A DNA stretch of 64,000 bases, taken from the NCBI GenBank assembly GCA_035277805.1, contig DATEJU010000128.1:4395-68394 (forward strand). The letters run 5' to 3'. The DNA comes from Paraburkholderia sp. Its GTDB lineage: Bacteria; Pseudomonadota; Gammaproteobacteria; Burkholderiales; Burkholderiaceae. This document shows, piece by piece, positions 9,813 to 20,412 of this stretch. The notes under the pieces were generated by a model. That model was not told the origin of the DNA. It was given only the letters and a program-made list of their open reading frames with translations, and ran no database searches. Numbering within the stretch: the stretch's first letter is position 1; every line of letters begins with the position of its first letter. The translations under genes and the position numbers were made by a program.

Positions 9813-11294
9813 TTATACCGGCCGGTCCTGACCCCGGAGACTGAAAATCCGCAGCAGCTCGTCGCGCAACCCGGAAATATCGAGCACATGCTGCGCGCGA
9901 GTCACCGCCACGTAGAGCAGGCGAAGTTCGTCTTCGTCCGGCAGCGGGCTGCCATCGGCGCCGCGCAGGCGGAAATCGTTGGCCACCTTGACCCGCTTCC
10001 ATTCGAGGCCCTTGGCGCGGTGGACGGTCGAGATCACATAGTCGGCTGCGCCTTCCTGCGCCGAGCGCTGCGCCAGGGCCCGCAGATAGCCGGTGCCCAG
10101 CTCGTCGACGATCCGCACCACCGGCAGCAGGTCCTGGCCAAAAGCACTGCGCGCGAACGCCTGCGCCTCACCCCACGTCTCGAACAGCGCAAACGCCGCC
10201 GGACGGAAGGTCCGCTGGCCGGCCAGCAGCCGCTCCGCGCCATCCGCGTAGGCGAGGATCTCCGCCGGACTCATGCGGATCGCCGGCCGGTGTCCCGCCT
10301 CGAGCCCCGCAGCGAACTGCCAGATCGCCGTAACGTTCTTCCGGCACAGGATTGCATCGACCGGCGGCGCCAGCGCGGGGTCTTCCACCATGATCGAGCC
10401 GATCGCGTCCTGTCCCCGGATGGGCGTGCGCTCGCCCAGCAGCATGAGCAGGCGGCTCGCGAGCGCCGCGAACGTGGCCCCGAAGCGGAACGACTCCGTG
10501 AGCGCGCATTCGGGCGCATCGATCTGCGCCATCGCATTGACCGCGCCCCGCCACTCGTAGATCTGCTGGTAAGGGTCGCCCACGTAGATGATCTGCGCGT
10601 GACGCTGCCGGCCAAGGATCGACAGCATGACACCGTCGCTGTCCTGCGCTTCGTCGAAGAGGATGTAGTCGGCTTCGATGCGCGGCTCCGAAAACGCCCA
10701 GAGCTTCAGGAGCACGTCAGGCGAAATGGCGCTCGTGGCGCGCGCTGCTGCGCCCTCTTCCCACAGCCGCCCGACGTAAGGCAGCACGTAGGTGCGCAGT
10801 TGCGCGGCCATTGCTGCGTCGATTTTTTCATCCACGACGATATGCTGCGTTGCCGGCCGGAGATCCGCGGACCGGCAGAACCGGTCCAGCCCGTCGGCAA
10901 TCATTCGCCCGATCTCGAACGGGGCGATCTCGACGGCCTTGCCCGTCACTGTCCGCACTTCCAGCGGGCCCAGGCCGTAGCGCGCGGCCAGTTCGTGCGG
11001 CGGCTCGCCCTGAAGGTTCATCCGGCTTCTCAGCGACGGGCTGACTGACGCCCATGCCAGCGAATGCATCGTCCGTGCGCCGACGTGCGGTGGAAAGCGC
11101 CGCGCCGCGCTTGCCGCGATTTCCCGGTTGAACGCCAGATACGTGCCACGCCGCTGGCCGAAATGCCCGGCCACGAGCTGGAGTGTGGAGGTCTTGCCCG
11201 CGCCGGCAAATGCCTTGATTTTCAGGTCTCCGGCGCGAAGCGCCGCCTCGATCACGGCCTGCTGTTCCGCTGTTGGAATCAAGCGCCTCTTCAC
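9813..11294 (-). CDS. Superfamily 1 (UvrD-like) 3'-5' DNA helicase, compact
   Basis: TAEQQA, AFAGAGKT, DEAQD, GDPYQQIY, LTESFRF, STVHRAKGLEW, LYVAVTRA; GTG start. Confidence 0.9.
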   Translation of the reverse strand: MKRRLIPTAEQQAVIEAALRAGDLKIKAFAGAGKTSTLQLVAGHFGQRRGTYLAFNREIAASAARRFPPHVGARTMHSLAWASVSPSLRSRMNLQGEPPHELAARYGLGPLEVRTVTGKAVEIAPFEIGRMIADGLDRFCRSADLRPATQHIVVDEKIDAAMAAQLRTYVLPYVGRLWEEGAAARATSAISPDVLLKLWAFSEPRIEADYILFDEAQDSDGVMLSILGRQRHAQIIYVGDPYQQIYEWRGAVNAMAQIDAPECALTESFRFGATFAALASRLLMLLGERTPIRGQDAIGSIMVEDPALAPPVDAILCRKNVTAIWQFAAGLEAGHRPAIRMSPAEILAYADGAERLLAGQRTFRPAAFALFETWGEAQAFARSAFGQDLLPVVRIVDELGTGYLRALAQRSAQEGAADYVISTVHRAKGLEWKRVKVANDFRLRGADGSPLPDEDELRLLYVAVTRAQHVLDISGLRDELLRIFSLRGQDRPV

Positions 11295-11920
11295 GCTATA
11301 CCCGGCCTCATGTGCGATCGCTCCTGGCGATGTGAAGCGCCGATTTTCTCACGGACGATGCGAACGATGAGCCCCGAGCTGAATTCGACCTTCAAGCGCT
11401 TGGGCCCGCTGCGGGAACGCGCGCCGGCGCCGGTGGATTACCGAAACCCTGCCGCCTCGGATGAGCACCGCATGGCCTCGGCTGCGAACGGCGCCTGCAG
11501 GTACCCCCCAAAAACCGAAAGGCGGCACGGTGTATGCGCCGGGCGCCCGATCGGCGAGCGCGCAGTTGAGCGCCGCCAGCGGATCCCCAGCATTTGCCTG
11601 ATGTTCGCATGCATGGCGCGTCGCCGCGGCGTTCGCTATTCGTACCGACTGGCTTTTTTTCGGCAATCTCCGCAGCGAGACTTTCAGGCCGGAGACCCAG
11701 GCAGGGCCTTGCCATCCGACGGAGCAGGTCGTCAACCGCCGCCCGCCGGCCGACCCGCACCAGGTCATTCCCGAGGCCGTGCGCACTATCCCCTCTTTTG
11801 TCGTCTTCCCACCTCCTCGAAGCCTTTTTGGGCACCAACAATGGTCCCCGGATCGAGTCGATTGCCAACAGGTGCTGTTCTTTTCCCGACACAACCGCAC
11901 ATCAAACCGAGGTGCACATC

Positions 11921-13330
11921 ATGAATGACATGGCAGTGAAAAGTCCGCCGCTCGATGAGTCCGGTCACGCCCGGCAAGCCACCCAGGCGCGCACGGACAC
12001 GCAGTTGGCTCGCGTATTGGGTCTGCCCTCGCTGCTGCTCTTCGGCCTCGCCTACATGGTTCCACTGACCGTGTTCACCACGTACGGCATCGTGACCCAG
12101 ACCACCGGCGGCCATCTTCCCGCCGCATACGTCGTCACGCTCGTCACCATGCTGTTCACCGCGTACAGCTATGGCCGCATGGGCGCGGCCCTGCCGGTTG
12201 CCGGTTCCGCCTATGCCTATGCGCGCAAGGCGTTCGGCGGCAACGTCGGGTTCATGGTCGGCTGGGCACTGCTGCTCGACTACCTCTTCATGCCGATGAT
12301 CTGCTATCTCGTCATCGGTATCTACATGTCCCAGTACTTTCCGGGCGTGCCGTCGCCGGTCTGGATCGTCGGCTGCATTGCGGCGGTCCTCGCGCTCAAT
12401 GTGCTCGGCATCAAGCTCGTGACGAAGGCGAACTTCGCGTTGATCGGCGTGCAGGTCGTGTTCATCGCCGTGTTCGTCCTGGCGTCGGTCAAGTCGATTG
12501 CCGCGGGCGCTTCGGTGTCGTACGTGAGCCCGTTCTACGAACGCGGCATGAACACGAGCGGTCTTTTCATGGGTGCCGCTACGCTGTGCCTGTCGTTCCT
12601 CGGCTTCGACGCGGTCTCCACGCTTTCCGAAGAAACCCGCGATCCGCAGCGTCTGCTTCCCAAAGCGATCATCCTCTGCACGCTCGTGAGCGGCCTCCTG
12701 TTCATCTTCCTCGCGTATCTGAGCCAGCTCGCGCTGCCGGACTGGAAGGCGTTCAAGGACGCCGATTCGGCCAGTCTCGAACTCATGGAGCACGTGGGCG
12801 GTCATCTGTTGTCCGCGTTCTTCACGGCCGTCTATGTGGCAGGCTGCTTTGCGTGCGCCCTGGCGTCCCAGGCCAGCGTCACGCGCATCCTCTTTGCCAT
12901 GGGGCGTGACGGCGTACTGCCGCGAAGCATCTTCGGCCGCCGGAGCGTGCGCTTCGGCACGCCGGTTTCGGCCACCGTCGCCGTGAGCCTGCTCTCGCTT
13001 TCGGCGCTCGCGATCAGCCTCGATCTCGCTTCCACGATGATCAGCTTCGGCGCCCTCGTCGCGTTCTCGTTCGTGAACCTCTCGACGACCAGGCACCACC
13101 TCGGCACCTTGCGCCTGCGCGGCGCGGGCAATCTGCTGCGCTACGGCGTCGTGCCGGTGGTCGGGTTCCTGCTGACGGTCTGGCTCTGGACGAGTCTTTC
13201 CGCCACGACGTTCCGCGTCGGCCTCATCTGGCTCGCGCTCGGCTTTTGCCAGCTCTCGTGGCTCACACGCGGCTTTCGCCGCCCCGCGCCGCGCATCGAA
13301 GAGTACGAAGAAGCGAACGCCTGCTTCTGA
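11921..13330 (+). CDS. APC-family amino acid/polyamine permease (PuuP-like)
   Basis: FGLAYMVPLTVFTTYG, AGSAYAY, SFLGFDAVSTLSEE; GAGG RBS. Confidence 0.9.
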   Translation: MNDMAVKSPPLDESGHARQATQARTDTQLARVLGLPSLLLFGLAYMVPLTVFTTYGIVTQTTGGHLPAAYVVTLVTMLFTAYSYGRMGAALPVAGSAYAYARKAFGGNVGFMVGWALLLDYLFMPMICYLVIGIYMSQYFPGVPSPVWIVGCIAAVLALNVLGIKLVTKANFALIGVQVVFIAVFVLASVKSIAAGASVSYVSPFYERGMNTSGLFMGAATLCLSFLGFDAVSTLSEETRDPQRLLPKAIILCTLVSGLLFIFLAYLSQLALPDWKAFKDADSASLELMEHVGGHLLSAFFTAVYVAGCFACALASQASVTRILFAMGRDGVLPRSIFGRRSVRFGTPVSATVAVSLLSLSALAISLDLASTMISFGALVAFSFVNLSTTRHHLGTLRLRGAGNLLRYGVVPVVGFLLTVWLWTSLSATTFRVGLIWLALGFCQLSWLTRGFRRPAPRIEEYEEANACF

Positions 13331-13362
13331 GCGCTCATCCCCTTCCCTATCGAGGTGACTCC

Positions 13363-14769
13363 ATGAACGCAAACGAACAAATCCTGTCGCGCTCGTCCGA
13401 AACCGCCGAGCTCGAAGCGCTGGCGAAAAAGCACCTGCTCATGCATTTCACGCACAGCCAGTACTATCGCGACGCCAACCTGCCCATCATGGCCCGGGGC
13501 GAAGGCTGCTGGGTCTACGACAGCGCGGGCAATCGCTATCTCGACGCTCTCGCAGGTCTTTTCTGCGTGCAGATCGGCTATAGCCATGGCAATGAAATTG
13601 GCGCCGCGGTTCAGCGGCAGATGAGCCAGTTGCCCTACTTCAGCAACTGGAGCTACGCGCACGAACCGGCGATCCGACTCGCCGCAAAGGTCGCGTCGCT
13701 CGCACCGGCCGGCCTGAATCGCGTGTTTTTCACGTCGAGCGGCTCGGAATCGAACGAATCGGCCATCAAGCTCGCACGCCAGTATCACATCGCGCGCGGC
13801 GACCACGCGAAGACCAAGTTCATCGCGCGACGCGTGTCGTACCACGGCACCAGCTACGGCGCGCTCTCGCTGAACGGCATGACGAACTTTCGCAAGACCT
13901 TCGAGCCGCTCATGCCGGGGGTGCGCCACGTATCGAACACGAAGCGCTACCGCCGGCCGCTCGAGGAGACCGAAGCGCAGTTCACCGGGTTCCTGCTCGA
14001 AGAGATCGAGTCGCTGATCGTCCAGGAAGGACCCGATACGGTGGCCGGCATCTTCGTGGAGCCGCTGCAAAACGCGGGCGGCAGCCTGACGCCGCCCGCG
14101 GGCTATGGCGAGGGCTTGCGACGCATCTGCGAGCGGCATGGCGTGCTGCTCGTGGCCGACGAAGTGATCTGCGGCTTCGGCCGTCTCGGCGAATGGTTCG
14201 GCTCGACGCGCTACGGCTTCGAGCCCGACATCATCACGTTCGCGAAGGGGATCGGCTCGGGCCATGTGCCGCTCGGCGGGCTCATCGCGACCGATGCCGT
14301 CGTGAACGCCGTGCTCGAAGGTCCGCAGCAGATGTTCCTGCACGGTCTCACGTATGGCGGCCATCCCGCCGCATGCGCGGCCGCGCTCGCGAATCTCCAG
14401 ATCATGGAACGCGAAGGCGTGCTGGACAACGTCCGAAACAATCAGGACTACTTTCGCTCGCGTCTTGCGACCTTGCTCGCGCATCCGCTCGTCGGCGATC
14501 TGCGCGGCGACGGCTATCACTATTCGCTCGAACTCGTCACCGACAAGAAGGCGCGCACATGGTCCGCGAGCATCGCGTCGAGCGAGTTCGTCTCGCGCGT
14601 GCTCTCGCCCGCGCTGTTCCGTGCCGGCCTGCTGTGCCGCGCCGCCGTCGATCACGAAGGTACGCCGCTGATCCAGATGTCGCCGCCGCTCATTCTCTCG
14701 CGCGAGGAGATCGACTGGATGGTCGCGACACTGAAAAGCGTGCTCGAAGCACACGGCAACGTCATCTGA
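13363..14769 (+). CDS. Class III PLP aminotransferase (omega-amine:pyruvate type)
   Basis: SGSESNE, SYHG, DEVICGFGRLG, DIITFAKG, HGLTYGGHP. Confidence 0.92.
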   Translation: MNANEQILSRSSETAELEALAKKHLLMHFTHSQYYRDANLPIMARGEGCWVYDSAGNRYLDALAGLFCVQIGYSHGNEIGAAVQRQMSQLPYFSNWSYAHEPAIRLAAKVASLAPAGLNRVFFTSSGSESNESAIKLARQYHIARGDHAKTKFIARRVSYHGTSYGALSLNGMTNFRKTFEPLMPGVRHVSNTKRYRRPLEETEAQFTGFLLEEIESLIVQEGPDTVAGIFVEPLQNAGGSLTPPAGYGEGLRRICERHGVLLVADEVICGFGRLGEWFGSTRYGFEPDIITFAKGIGSGHVPLGGLIATDAVVNAVLEGPQQMFLHGLTYGGHPAACAAALANLQIMEREGVLDNVRNNQDYFRSRLATLLAHPLVGDLRGDGYHYSLELVTDKKARTWSASIASSEFVSRVLSPALFRAGLLCRAAVDHEGTPLIQMSPPLILSREEIDWMVATLKSVLEAHGNVI

Positions 14770-14828
14770 TAGCGGCCTCGACAACGCGACGTGCACGCAC
14801 GTCGCGTTTGCATATACGGAGAAACACA

Positions 14829-16319
14829 ATGGCTCAGAAAACGTTTTCGGACTGGCTCGCGCTCGCATCGAGCCTCCCGTACGAGGGGCGCGCCTTGATC
14901 GACGGCGAACTGCAGTGGGCGCAAAGCGGCCGGACATTCGACTGCGTCAGCCCCATCGACGGCAAGGTCCTGACCCAGGTCGCGGACTGCGACGGTGCCG
15001 ACGTCGATCGCGCGGTGTCGGCGGCGCGCCGGAGCTTCAAGGAGCGATGCTGGTCGGGCCTCGGTCCGCGCGAGCGCAAGTCGGTGCTGATGCGATGGGC
15101 GAGCCTGATACGCGCGCACGCCGACGAAATCGCACTCCTCGAAACGGTGGACGCCGGCAAACCGATTCGGGACACGACGGCTTTCGACATTCCCGAATCG
15201 GCGTACTGCATCGAATGGTTCGCGGAAACGATCGACAAGATCGGCGGCGAGGTCGCGCCGGCGCCCGAGACGTTCGTCGGGCTCGTCACGCACGAACCGG
15301 TTGGCGTGGTGGCCGCCGTCGTGCCATGGAATTTCCCGCTGCTCATGGCGGCGTGGAAGTTCGCGCCCGCGCTGGCCGCCGGCAACAGCGTCGTGCTGAA
15401 GCCTTCGGAAAAGTCGCCGCTCAGCGCCATCCGCGTCGCGCAGCTGGCGATCGAGGCAGGCATGCCGCGCGGTGTCTTCAATGTCGTCACGGGCGGCGGT
15501 CTGCCGGGCAAGCAGCTTGCGTTGCACGACGACGTCGATTGCATCGCGTTTACCGGTTCGACGGGGGTCGGCAAGCAGATCATGCAGTGCGCCGCGCAGA
15601 CGAATCTCAAGCGCGTGTGGCTCGAGCTCGGCGGCAAGTCGCCGAACATCGTGTTGCCCGACTGCGCCGATCTCGACCGTGCCGCGCAGGCCGCCGCCAA
15701 CGCGATCTTCTACAACATGGGCGAAGTCTGCACGGCGGGCTCGCGCCTGCTCGTTCATCGCAAGATCAAGGACGCACTGCTCGACCGGCTGCTGAGCGCC
15801 GCGCGTCTCTACGAACCGGGCAATCCGCTCGACCCCTCGATCGCCATGGGCGCCATCGTGGATCAGGCACAGCTCGCGCGGGTGCTCGACTACATCGAGG
15901 CCGGGCGCAGCCAGGGAAAGCTGGTCGCGGGCGGCGCGCGCGTGAAGCAGCAGACGGGCGGCTTCTATGTCGAGCCCACCGTGTTCGAAGTCGCGCCGCA
16001 CGCGAAGGTGGCCCGCGAGGAAATCTTCGGTCCGGTGCTCTCGGTGATTGCGTTCGATACGGTGGAGGAAGCCGTCGAGATCGCCAACGACACGCATTAC
16101 GGCCTCGCGGCCGCTGTCTGGTCCGCGAGCGTCAACACCGTGCACGAGGTGTCGCGGCAACTTCGCGCGGGCACGGTCTGGGTCAACTGCTATAGCGAGG
16201 GGGGCGAGATGTGCTTCCCGTTCGGCGGCTACAAGCAGTCGGGCAATGGACGCGACAAGTCATTGCACGCGCTCGAAAAATATACCGAGCTGAAGTCGAC
16301 CATCATCCGTCTGCGCTAG
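14829..16319 (+). CDS. Aldehyde dehydrogenase (PuuC-like)
   Basis: PWNFP, FTGSTGVG, LELGGKSP, NMGEVCTAG, EEIFGP, PFGGYKQSG. Confidence 0.93.
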   Translation: MAQKTFSDWLALASSLPYEGRALIDGELQWAQSGRTFDCVSPIDGKVLTQVADCDGADVDRAVSAARRSFKERCWSGLGPRERKSVLMRWASLIRAHADEIALLETVDAGKPIRDTTAFDIPESAYCIEWFAETIDKIGGEVAPAPETFVGLVTHEPVGVVAAVVPWNFPLLMAAWKFAPALAAGNSVVLKPSEKSPLSAIRVAQLAIEAGMPRGVFNVVTGGGLPGKQLALHDDVDCIAFTGSTGVGKQIMQCAAQTNLKRVWLELGGKSPNIVLPDCADLDRAAQAAANAIFYNMGEVCTAGSRLLVHRKIKDALLDRLLSAARLYEPGNPLDPSIAMGAIVDQAQLARVLDYIEAGRSQGKLVAGGARVKQQTGGFYVEPTVFEVAPHAKVAREEIFGPVLSVIAFDTVEEAVEIANDTHYGLAAAVWSASVNTVHEVSRQLRAGTVWVNCYSEGGEMCFPFGGYKQSGNGRDKSLHALEKYTELKSTIIRLR

Positions 16320-17431
16320 ATGCGCTTGCAGTTCGTGTCGATACGGCGGGCCGCCCTGCGCGGCCGCGCCGCGAGCGGCCGCCGCGCGCGATACGCGGCG
16401 GGCGTGATGCCGGTCCACGTCTTGAACGCGCGATGAAACGCCGCCGTGCAACTGAAGCCGAGCAGGTCGGAAATCTCTTCGAGCGTTTTCGCGCCGATGC
16501 TCAACTCGCTGATCGCCATATCGCGCCGCAAGCTGTCCTTGATGCCCTGGAATGACAGGCCTTCGGCGGCGAGCTTGCGAATCAGCGTGCGGCGCGACAT
16601 GCAAAGGTCGTGCGCGGTCTCGTCGAGCCGGCGCTCGAGTCTCGGCGCGCGATGGATGTGCTCGCGCACCTTGAGCACGATCGAGTGCTCCCGCGAAGCC
16701 GTGAAGATCCAGTCGCGCGGCGCGCGCACGAGAAAGTCGCGCATGTCCACGCGCTTGCGCGCCACGCGGATCGCACCGATTTCGGCGGCGAACCCAATCG
16801 TCGAATGAGGCGCGTCGAAGCTGACCGCGCACGGGAACAGCACGAGATAATCGTCCGCGAACGCGGGACGCGAAAACGCAAACGTGACGCGCTCGAGCGG
16901 CAATTCCCGGCCTGCGAGCCACGATGCGAGGCCATGCGTGAGCTTGAGCATCAGCATGTGGCCGAAGCGGTTCACCTGCGCCTTGCGTCCCCTCGGCTTC
17001 AAGGCCACGGCGAGCGCGTCCGCCCTGCTTTCGAGCTCCAGCGCGTAGTCGTCGAGCAAAAGGTTCCAGACCTCCGTGAAGCGGTGCAGCGCAACCGCGA
17101 TCGACGCTGCATCGATCAGCGCCCGGCAAATCGTCTTCAGGGCCTTTTCGCGAATCGCGCGGCTCCACAGGCCCATCATCTCGTCGCCGGTATGCGCGCT
17201 CGCGCATTGATAGAGCTTCACGAGCTGGTCGTGCGTGACGCGGTAATCCGGTTGCGTCAGCGCCTCCATCGGGATGTGCGCATCGCACACGATCCGCTCG
17301 AAAGTCGCGGCCGTGCAGATACGGCGCAGGCTCACGAACAGATCGTCGACCAGCGCCAGCGACACCGTCGAAATGTGCGGTTCGTTTCCACTCGCTGCTG
17401 TCACCGCCTGGGCCTCCCGCCTGATTGGCAC
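16316..17431 (-). CDS. AraC-family regulator
   Basis: C-terminal double HTH (MSRRTLIRKL; LLGFSCTAAFHRAFKTWTGITP); start uncertain. Confidence 0.9.
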   Translation of the reverse strand: MPIRREAQAVTAASGNEPHISTVSLALVDDLFVSLRRICTAATFERIVCDAHIPMEALTQPDYRVTHDQLVKLYQCASAHTGDEMMGLWSRAIREKALKTICRALIDAASIAVALHRFTEVWNLLLDDYALELESRADALAVALKPRGRKAQVNRFGHMLMLKLTHGLASWLAGRELPLERVTFAFSRPAFADDYLVLFPCAVSFDAPHSTIGFAAEIGAIRVARKRVDMRDFLVRAPRDWIFTASREHSIVLKVREHIHRAPRLERRLDETAHDLCMSRRTLIRKLAAEGLSFQGIKDSLRRDMAISELSIGAKTLEEISDLLGFSCTAAFHRAFKTWTGITPAAYRARRPLAARPRRAARRIDTNCKRI

Positions 17432-17602
17432 TTTATGTTAATTCAACGTCGCAGCGTGTCATAGCTGCGCGTCCACGCGGCCGGTAGCATCTTCGTCAGA
17501 TGTGCCGCAATACCGAGCCTAACGCAACAACGCGTGCGGCGCGATGCCTTCCACGCATCGCGCGCGGCTACCGCGCGCAAGTCATGAAGCAAGGAGACGT
17601 CG

Positions 17603-18412
17603 ATGTCCGGATCATTTCTCGAGATCTCACAGGTTGGCCCAATCGGTGTAATCACGCTGAACCGGCCTGCCAAACGCAACGCGCTGGACGAAAACGCGAT
17701 CGCCGAGATCGATGCGTACTTCGCCTCGATCCCCGAGGGCGTGCGCGTGATTGTCATGCGCGCAAACGGCGAGCACTTCTGTGCGGGCCTCGATCTGCGC
17801 GAGCATCACGACAAGGCGCGTTCCGCCGTGGAATTCATGCGCGTGTGCCAGGCGTGGCACCGTGCGTTCGACAAGATCCAGCACGGCGGAACGCCGGTCA
17901 TAGCGTGCCTGCAAGGCGCCGTGGTGGGCGGCGGGCTCGAGCTGGCGAGCGCCGCGCACGTGCGTATCGCGGACGCGAGCACGTACTTCTCGCTACCCGA
18001 AGGCACGCGCGGCATCTTCACGGGCGGCGGCGCGACGGTGCGTACGGCACGCATTCTCACCGCGAACCGCATGGTCGAAATGATGCTGACCGGCAGGGTG
18101 ATCGACGTGGATGAAGGCTTGCGCATCGGCCTCGCGCATTACGTGTGCGGCACGGCGGACAACCCGCGCGAAGCTTTCGATTTCGGGCTCGAAATCGCGC
18201 AAAAGATCGCGTCCAACGCCGAGTTGTCGAACTACGCGATCGTCAGCTCGATCAACCGCATCGCCGATATGTCGTCGACGGACGGACTGTTCGCCGAAGG
18301 CTTGATGGCGGCCGTCGTTCAGACCGGCGCCGACGTGCAGTCGCGGCTTGGCGACTTCGTCGACAAGCGCGCGCACAAGGTCAAGCCGCAAGCGCAATCC
18401 GCCACGGCGTGA
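17603..18412 (+). CDS. Enoyl-CoA hydratase/crotonase family protein
   Basis: LNRPAKRNAL, FCAGLDL, GGGLEL, LPEG; AAGGAG RBS. Confidence 0.93.
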   Translation: MSGSFLEISQVGPIGVITLNRPAKRNALDENAIAEIDAYFASIPEGVRVIVMRANGEHFCAGLDLREHHDKARSAVEFMRVCQAWHRAFDKIQHGGTPVIACLQGAVVGGGLELASAAHVRIADASTYFSLPEGTRGIFTGGGATVRTARILTANRMVEMMLTGRVIDVDEGLRIGLAHYVCGTADNPREAFDFGLEIAQKIASNAELSNYAIVSSINRIADMSSTDGLFAEGLMAAVVQTGADVQSRLGDFVDKRAHKVKPQAQSATA

Positions 18413-18426
18413 AGCACGGGCAGCGC

Positions 18427-19041
18427 TCAGGCCGAAAGCCGGCGCGCGCGGCAGACGTGATCGATGAACGCGCGGCTCGCGTCGTCCAGCGGCGCGCGCG
18501 ACTTCTCGAGCTTCGAGCACAGGACCGCGCCCTCCCACGCGTTCCAGAAGTAGCGCGCCAGCGCGGCCGTGTCGGCCTCGGGCGCGATTTCGCCGGCCGC
18601 CTTCGCTTCGTCGAGGCAGCGCTCGATGCGGCGGCGCCAGTCCTGGATCACTTCGAGCAGCTTGGCGCGAAAGGTCTCGTCGAGCGCGGCCAGCTCCTGG
18701 CTCAGGTTGCCGACGAGGCAGCCGCGCTTGTAGTCGAAGCGCTCCATGCCGTTGGCCGCATCGTCGGCAAAAGCGCGGATGCGATCCATCGGCTGCAGCG
18801 TCTCGTCGGTCAGATGCTGGTCGAGCTTGCGCGCGAAGTACTCGGCATAGGCCTGAATGACTTCGAGCGCGTAAGCGTCCTTGTTGGCGAAATAGTAGTG
18901 AAACGAGCCCTTCGGCACGCCCGCGAGGGCGACGAGCTCGTCGAGCGAGAAGTTGTAGAAGCCCTTCTCGGTGAGAATCGCAACCCCGAGGCGAATCAGT
19001 TCGCCGCGCCGTCCCGTATCACGCTTTGTCGTAGTAGCCAT
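18427..19041 (-). CDS. acuR: TetR-family regulator, AcuR/NemR-like
   Basis: TEKGF, GVPKGSFHYYF, RGCLVGNLSQE, WEGAVL; linked to an acuI homolog. Confidence 0.75.
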   Translation of the reverse strand: MATTTKRDTGRRGELIRLGVAILTEKGFYNFSLDELVALAGVPKGSFHYYFANKDAYALEVIQAYAEYFARKLDQHLTDETLQPMDRIRAFADDAANGMERFDYKRGCLVGNLSQELAALDETFRAKLLEVIQDWRRRIERCLDEAKAAGEIAPEADTAALARYFWNAWEGAVLCSKLEKSRAPLDDASRAFIDHVCRARRLSA

Positions 19042-19093
19042 AGCTTGTTCGATCCTTGTAGTGTGCTTGCCCGCTTCGCGAGGCCCGCGCGTC

Positions 19094-20317
19094 TTACCAG
19101 CGAGGCCGCTTCGCGAGAAGCGGCGACATGGCGATCAGTCCCAGCACGGGCCCCGGCAACAGCAGCAGCGCGACCCATACGTTGAGGTGAGGATATGCGC
19201 TCGTCGACCAGAAAATCGCGCACGCCGACAGCAGGAAACCCACGCTGTTCTGCAGCGTCAGCGCGCCGCCAATCTGCTGCGGCGGACAGGCCCGCACCGA
19301 AAGCGCCGAGAATTGCGGCGAGTCGGCAATCACGCTCGCACCCCACACCAGCAGCAACGCGAGCTGCGCCGCCGTGCCAAGCGAGGATGCGAACGGATAA
19401 AGCGCGCATAGCGTACCCGAAACCGCGAGCGCAACGAACGCCGTGCGTGCGCTGCCAATGCGCCGGCTGAGCCTGCCGCCCGCCATGCAGCCCGCCGCAC
19501 CCACCGCAATCACGGCGAACGAGCCGAACGCGACTGCGCTCGCATCCGGCGTGCGCCCTCCCTGGCTCAGCGCGTGATGCACGAAAAACGGCGTGAGCGT
19601 CCAGAACGCATAGAGCTCCCACATATGGCCGAAATAGCCGAGCGCCGAAGCGCGGAATTCGCCGATGCGAAACACCCGGCCAATGCCGCCGGGATTCAAC
19701 CCGGCGGCGCCGCGACGCAGATGGGGGCCTTCGCCCAGCCAGTACACCATCGCCGCGCCGACGATCGCGAGCAGCGAGGAAGCCAGCACGACCGACTGCC
19801 ACCCAAGCGCGCCGAACACCGCGCGGATCGCATGCACGGAGGCCGTGCCGAGCGTGAGCATGGCGACGAGCAGCGAAAGTGTTTGCGCCGCGCGCGCGGG
19901 CGCCCATGTCACGAGCAGCTTCATGCCGAGCGGATAGATACCGGCGAGCGAGACGCCCACGCCGAAACGGAACGCGACGGCCGAAACGAGCCCGCTGCTG
20001 CACAACGCAAAGAGCGCATTGAGCGCCGCACCCGCAACGCCGCACACCGCGAACACACGGCTCGCGGACAGCTTGTCGGCAACGCCTGTCAACGTCGAGA
20101 CGAGCGTGCCGACGATAAACCCCGCCTGCACTGCGTTCGTGAGCCAACCGATGTCGCCGGCGGAAAGATGCCAGTCCATCTGCAGGTCATGCATGGCGGC
20201 GTTCGCACTGAACCACAGCGACGTACCCAACAGTTGTGCGAGCGCGATCACCCGTACCGCGCGGTTCTCGTCGGCGGGATGCGCCGGTCTCGCGCGCGCA
20301 TCGAGCATTTCATCCAT
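19094..20317 (-). CDS. MFS transporter
   Basis: About 12 hydrophobic segments; TSLWFS, GHMWELYAFW, ADSPQFSAL. Confidence 0.9.
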   Translation of the reverse strand: MDEMLDARARPAHPADENRAVRVIALAQLLGTSLWFSANAAMHDLQMDWHLSAGDIGWLTNAVQAGFIVGTLVSTLTGVADKLSASRVFAVCGVAGAALNALFALCSSGLVSAVAFRFGVGVSLAGIYPLGMKLLVTWAPARAAQTLSLLVAMLTLGTASVHAIRAVFGALGWQSVVLASSLLAIVGAAMVYWLGEGPHLRRGAAGLNPGGIGRVFRIGEFRASALGYFGHMWELYAFWTLTPFFVHHALSQGGRTPDASAVAFGSFAVIAVGAAGCMAGGRLSRRIGSARTAFVALAVSGTLCALYPFASSLGTAAQLALLLVWGASVIADSPQFSALSVRACPPQQIGGALTLQNSVGFLLSACAIFWSTSAYPHLNVWVALLLLPGPVLGLIAMSPLLAKRPRW

Positions 20318-20412
20318 GGTGTCTCCTCTGACTCCAGCCGTAGCGGCTTGGCGTGCCGCTTTTCAGACATTGCCCAGGGCTTTCCCGAGTCACTATAGGT
20401 TTTTCTAGACGG

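Noticed and set aside
11300..11920. Long intergenic region as a possible riboswitch, ncRNA or sigma54 promoter
   Set aside because: No convincing -24/-12 consensus or known RNA motif found by eye; an Rfam scan is needed
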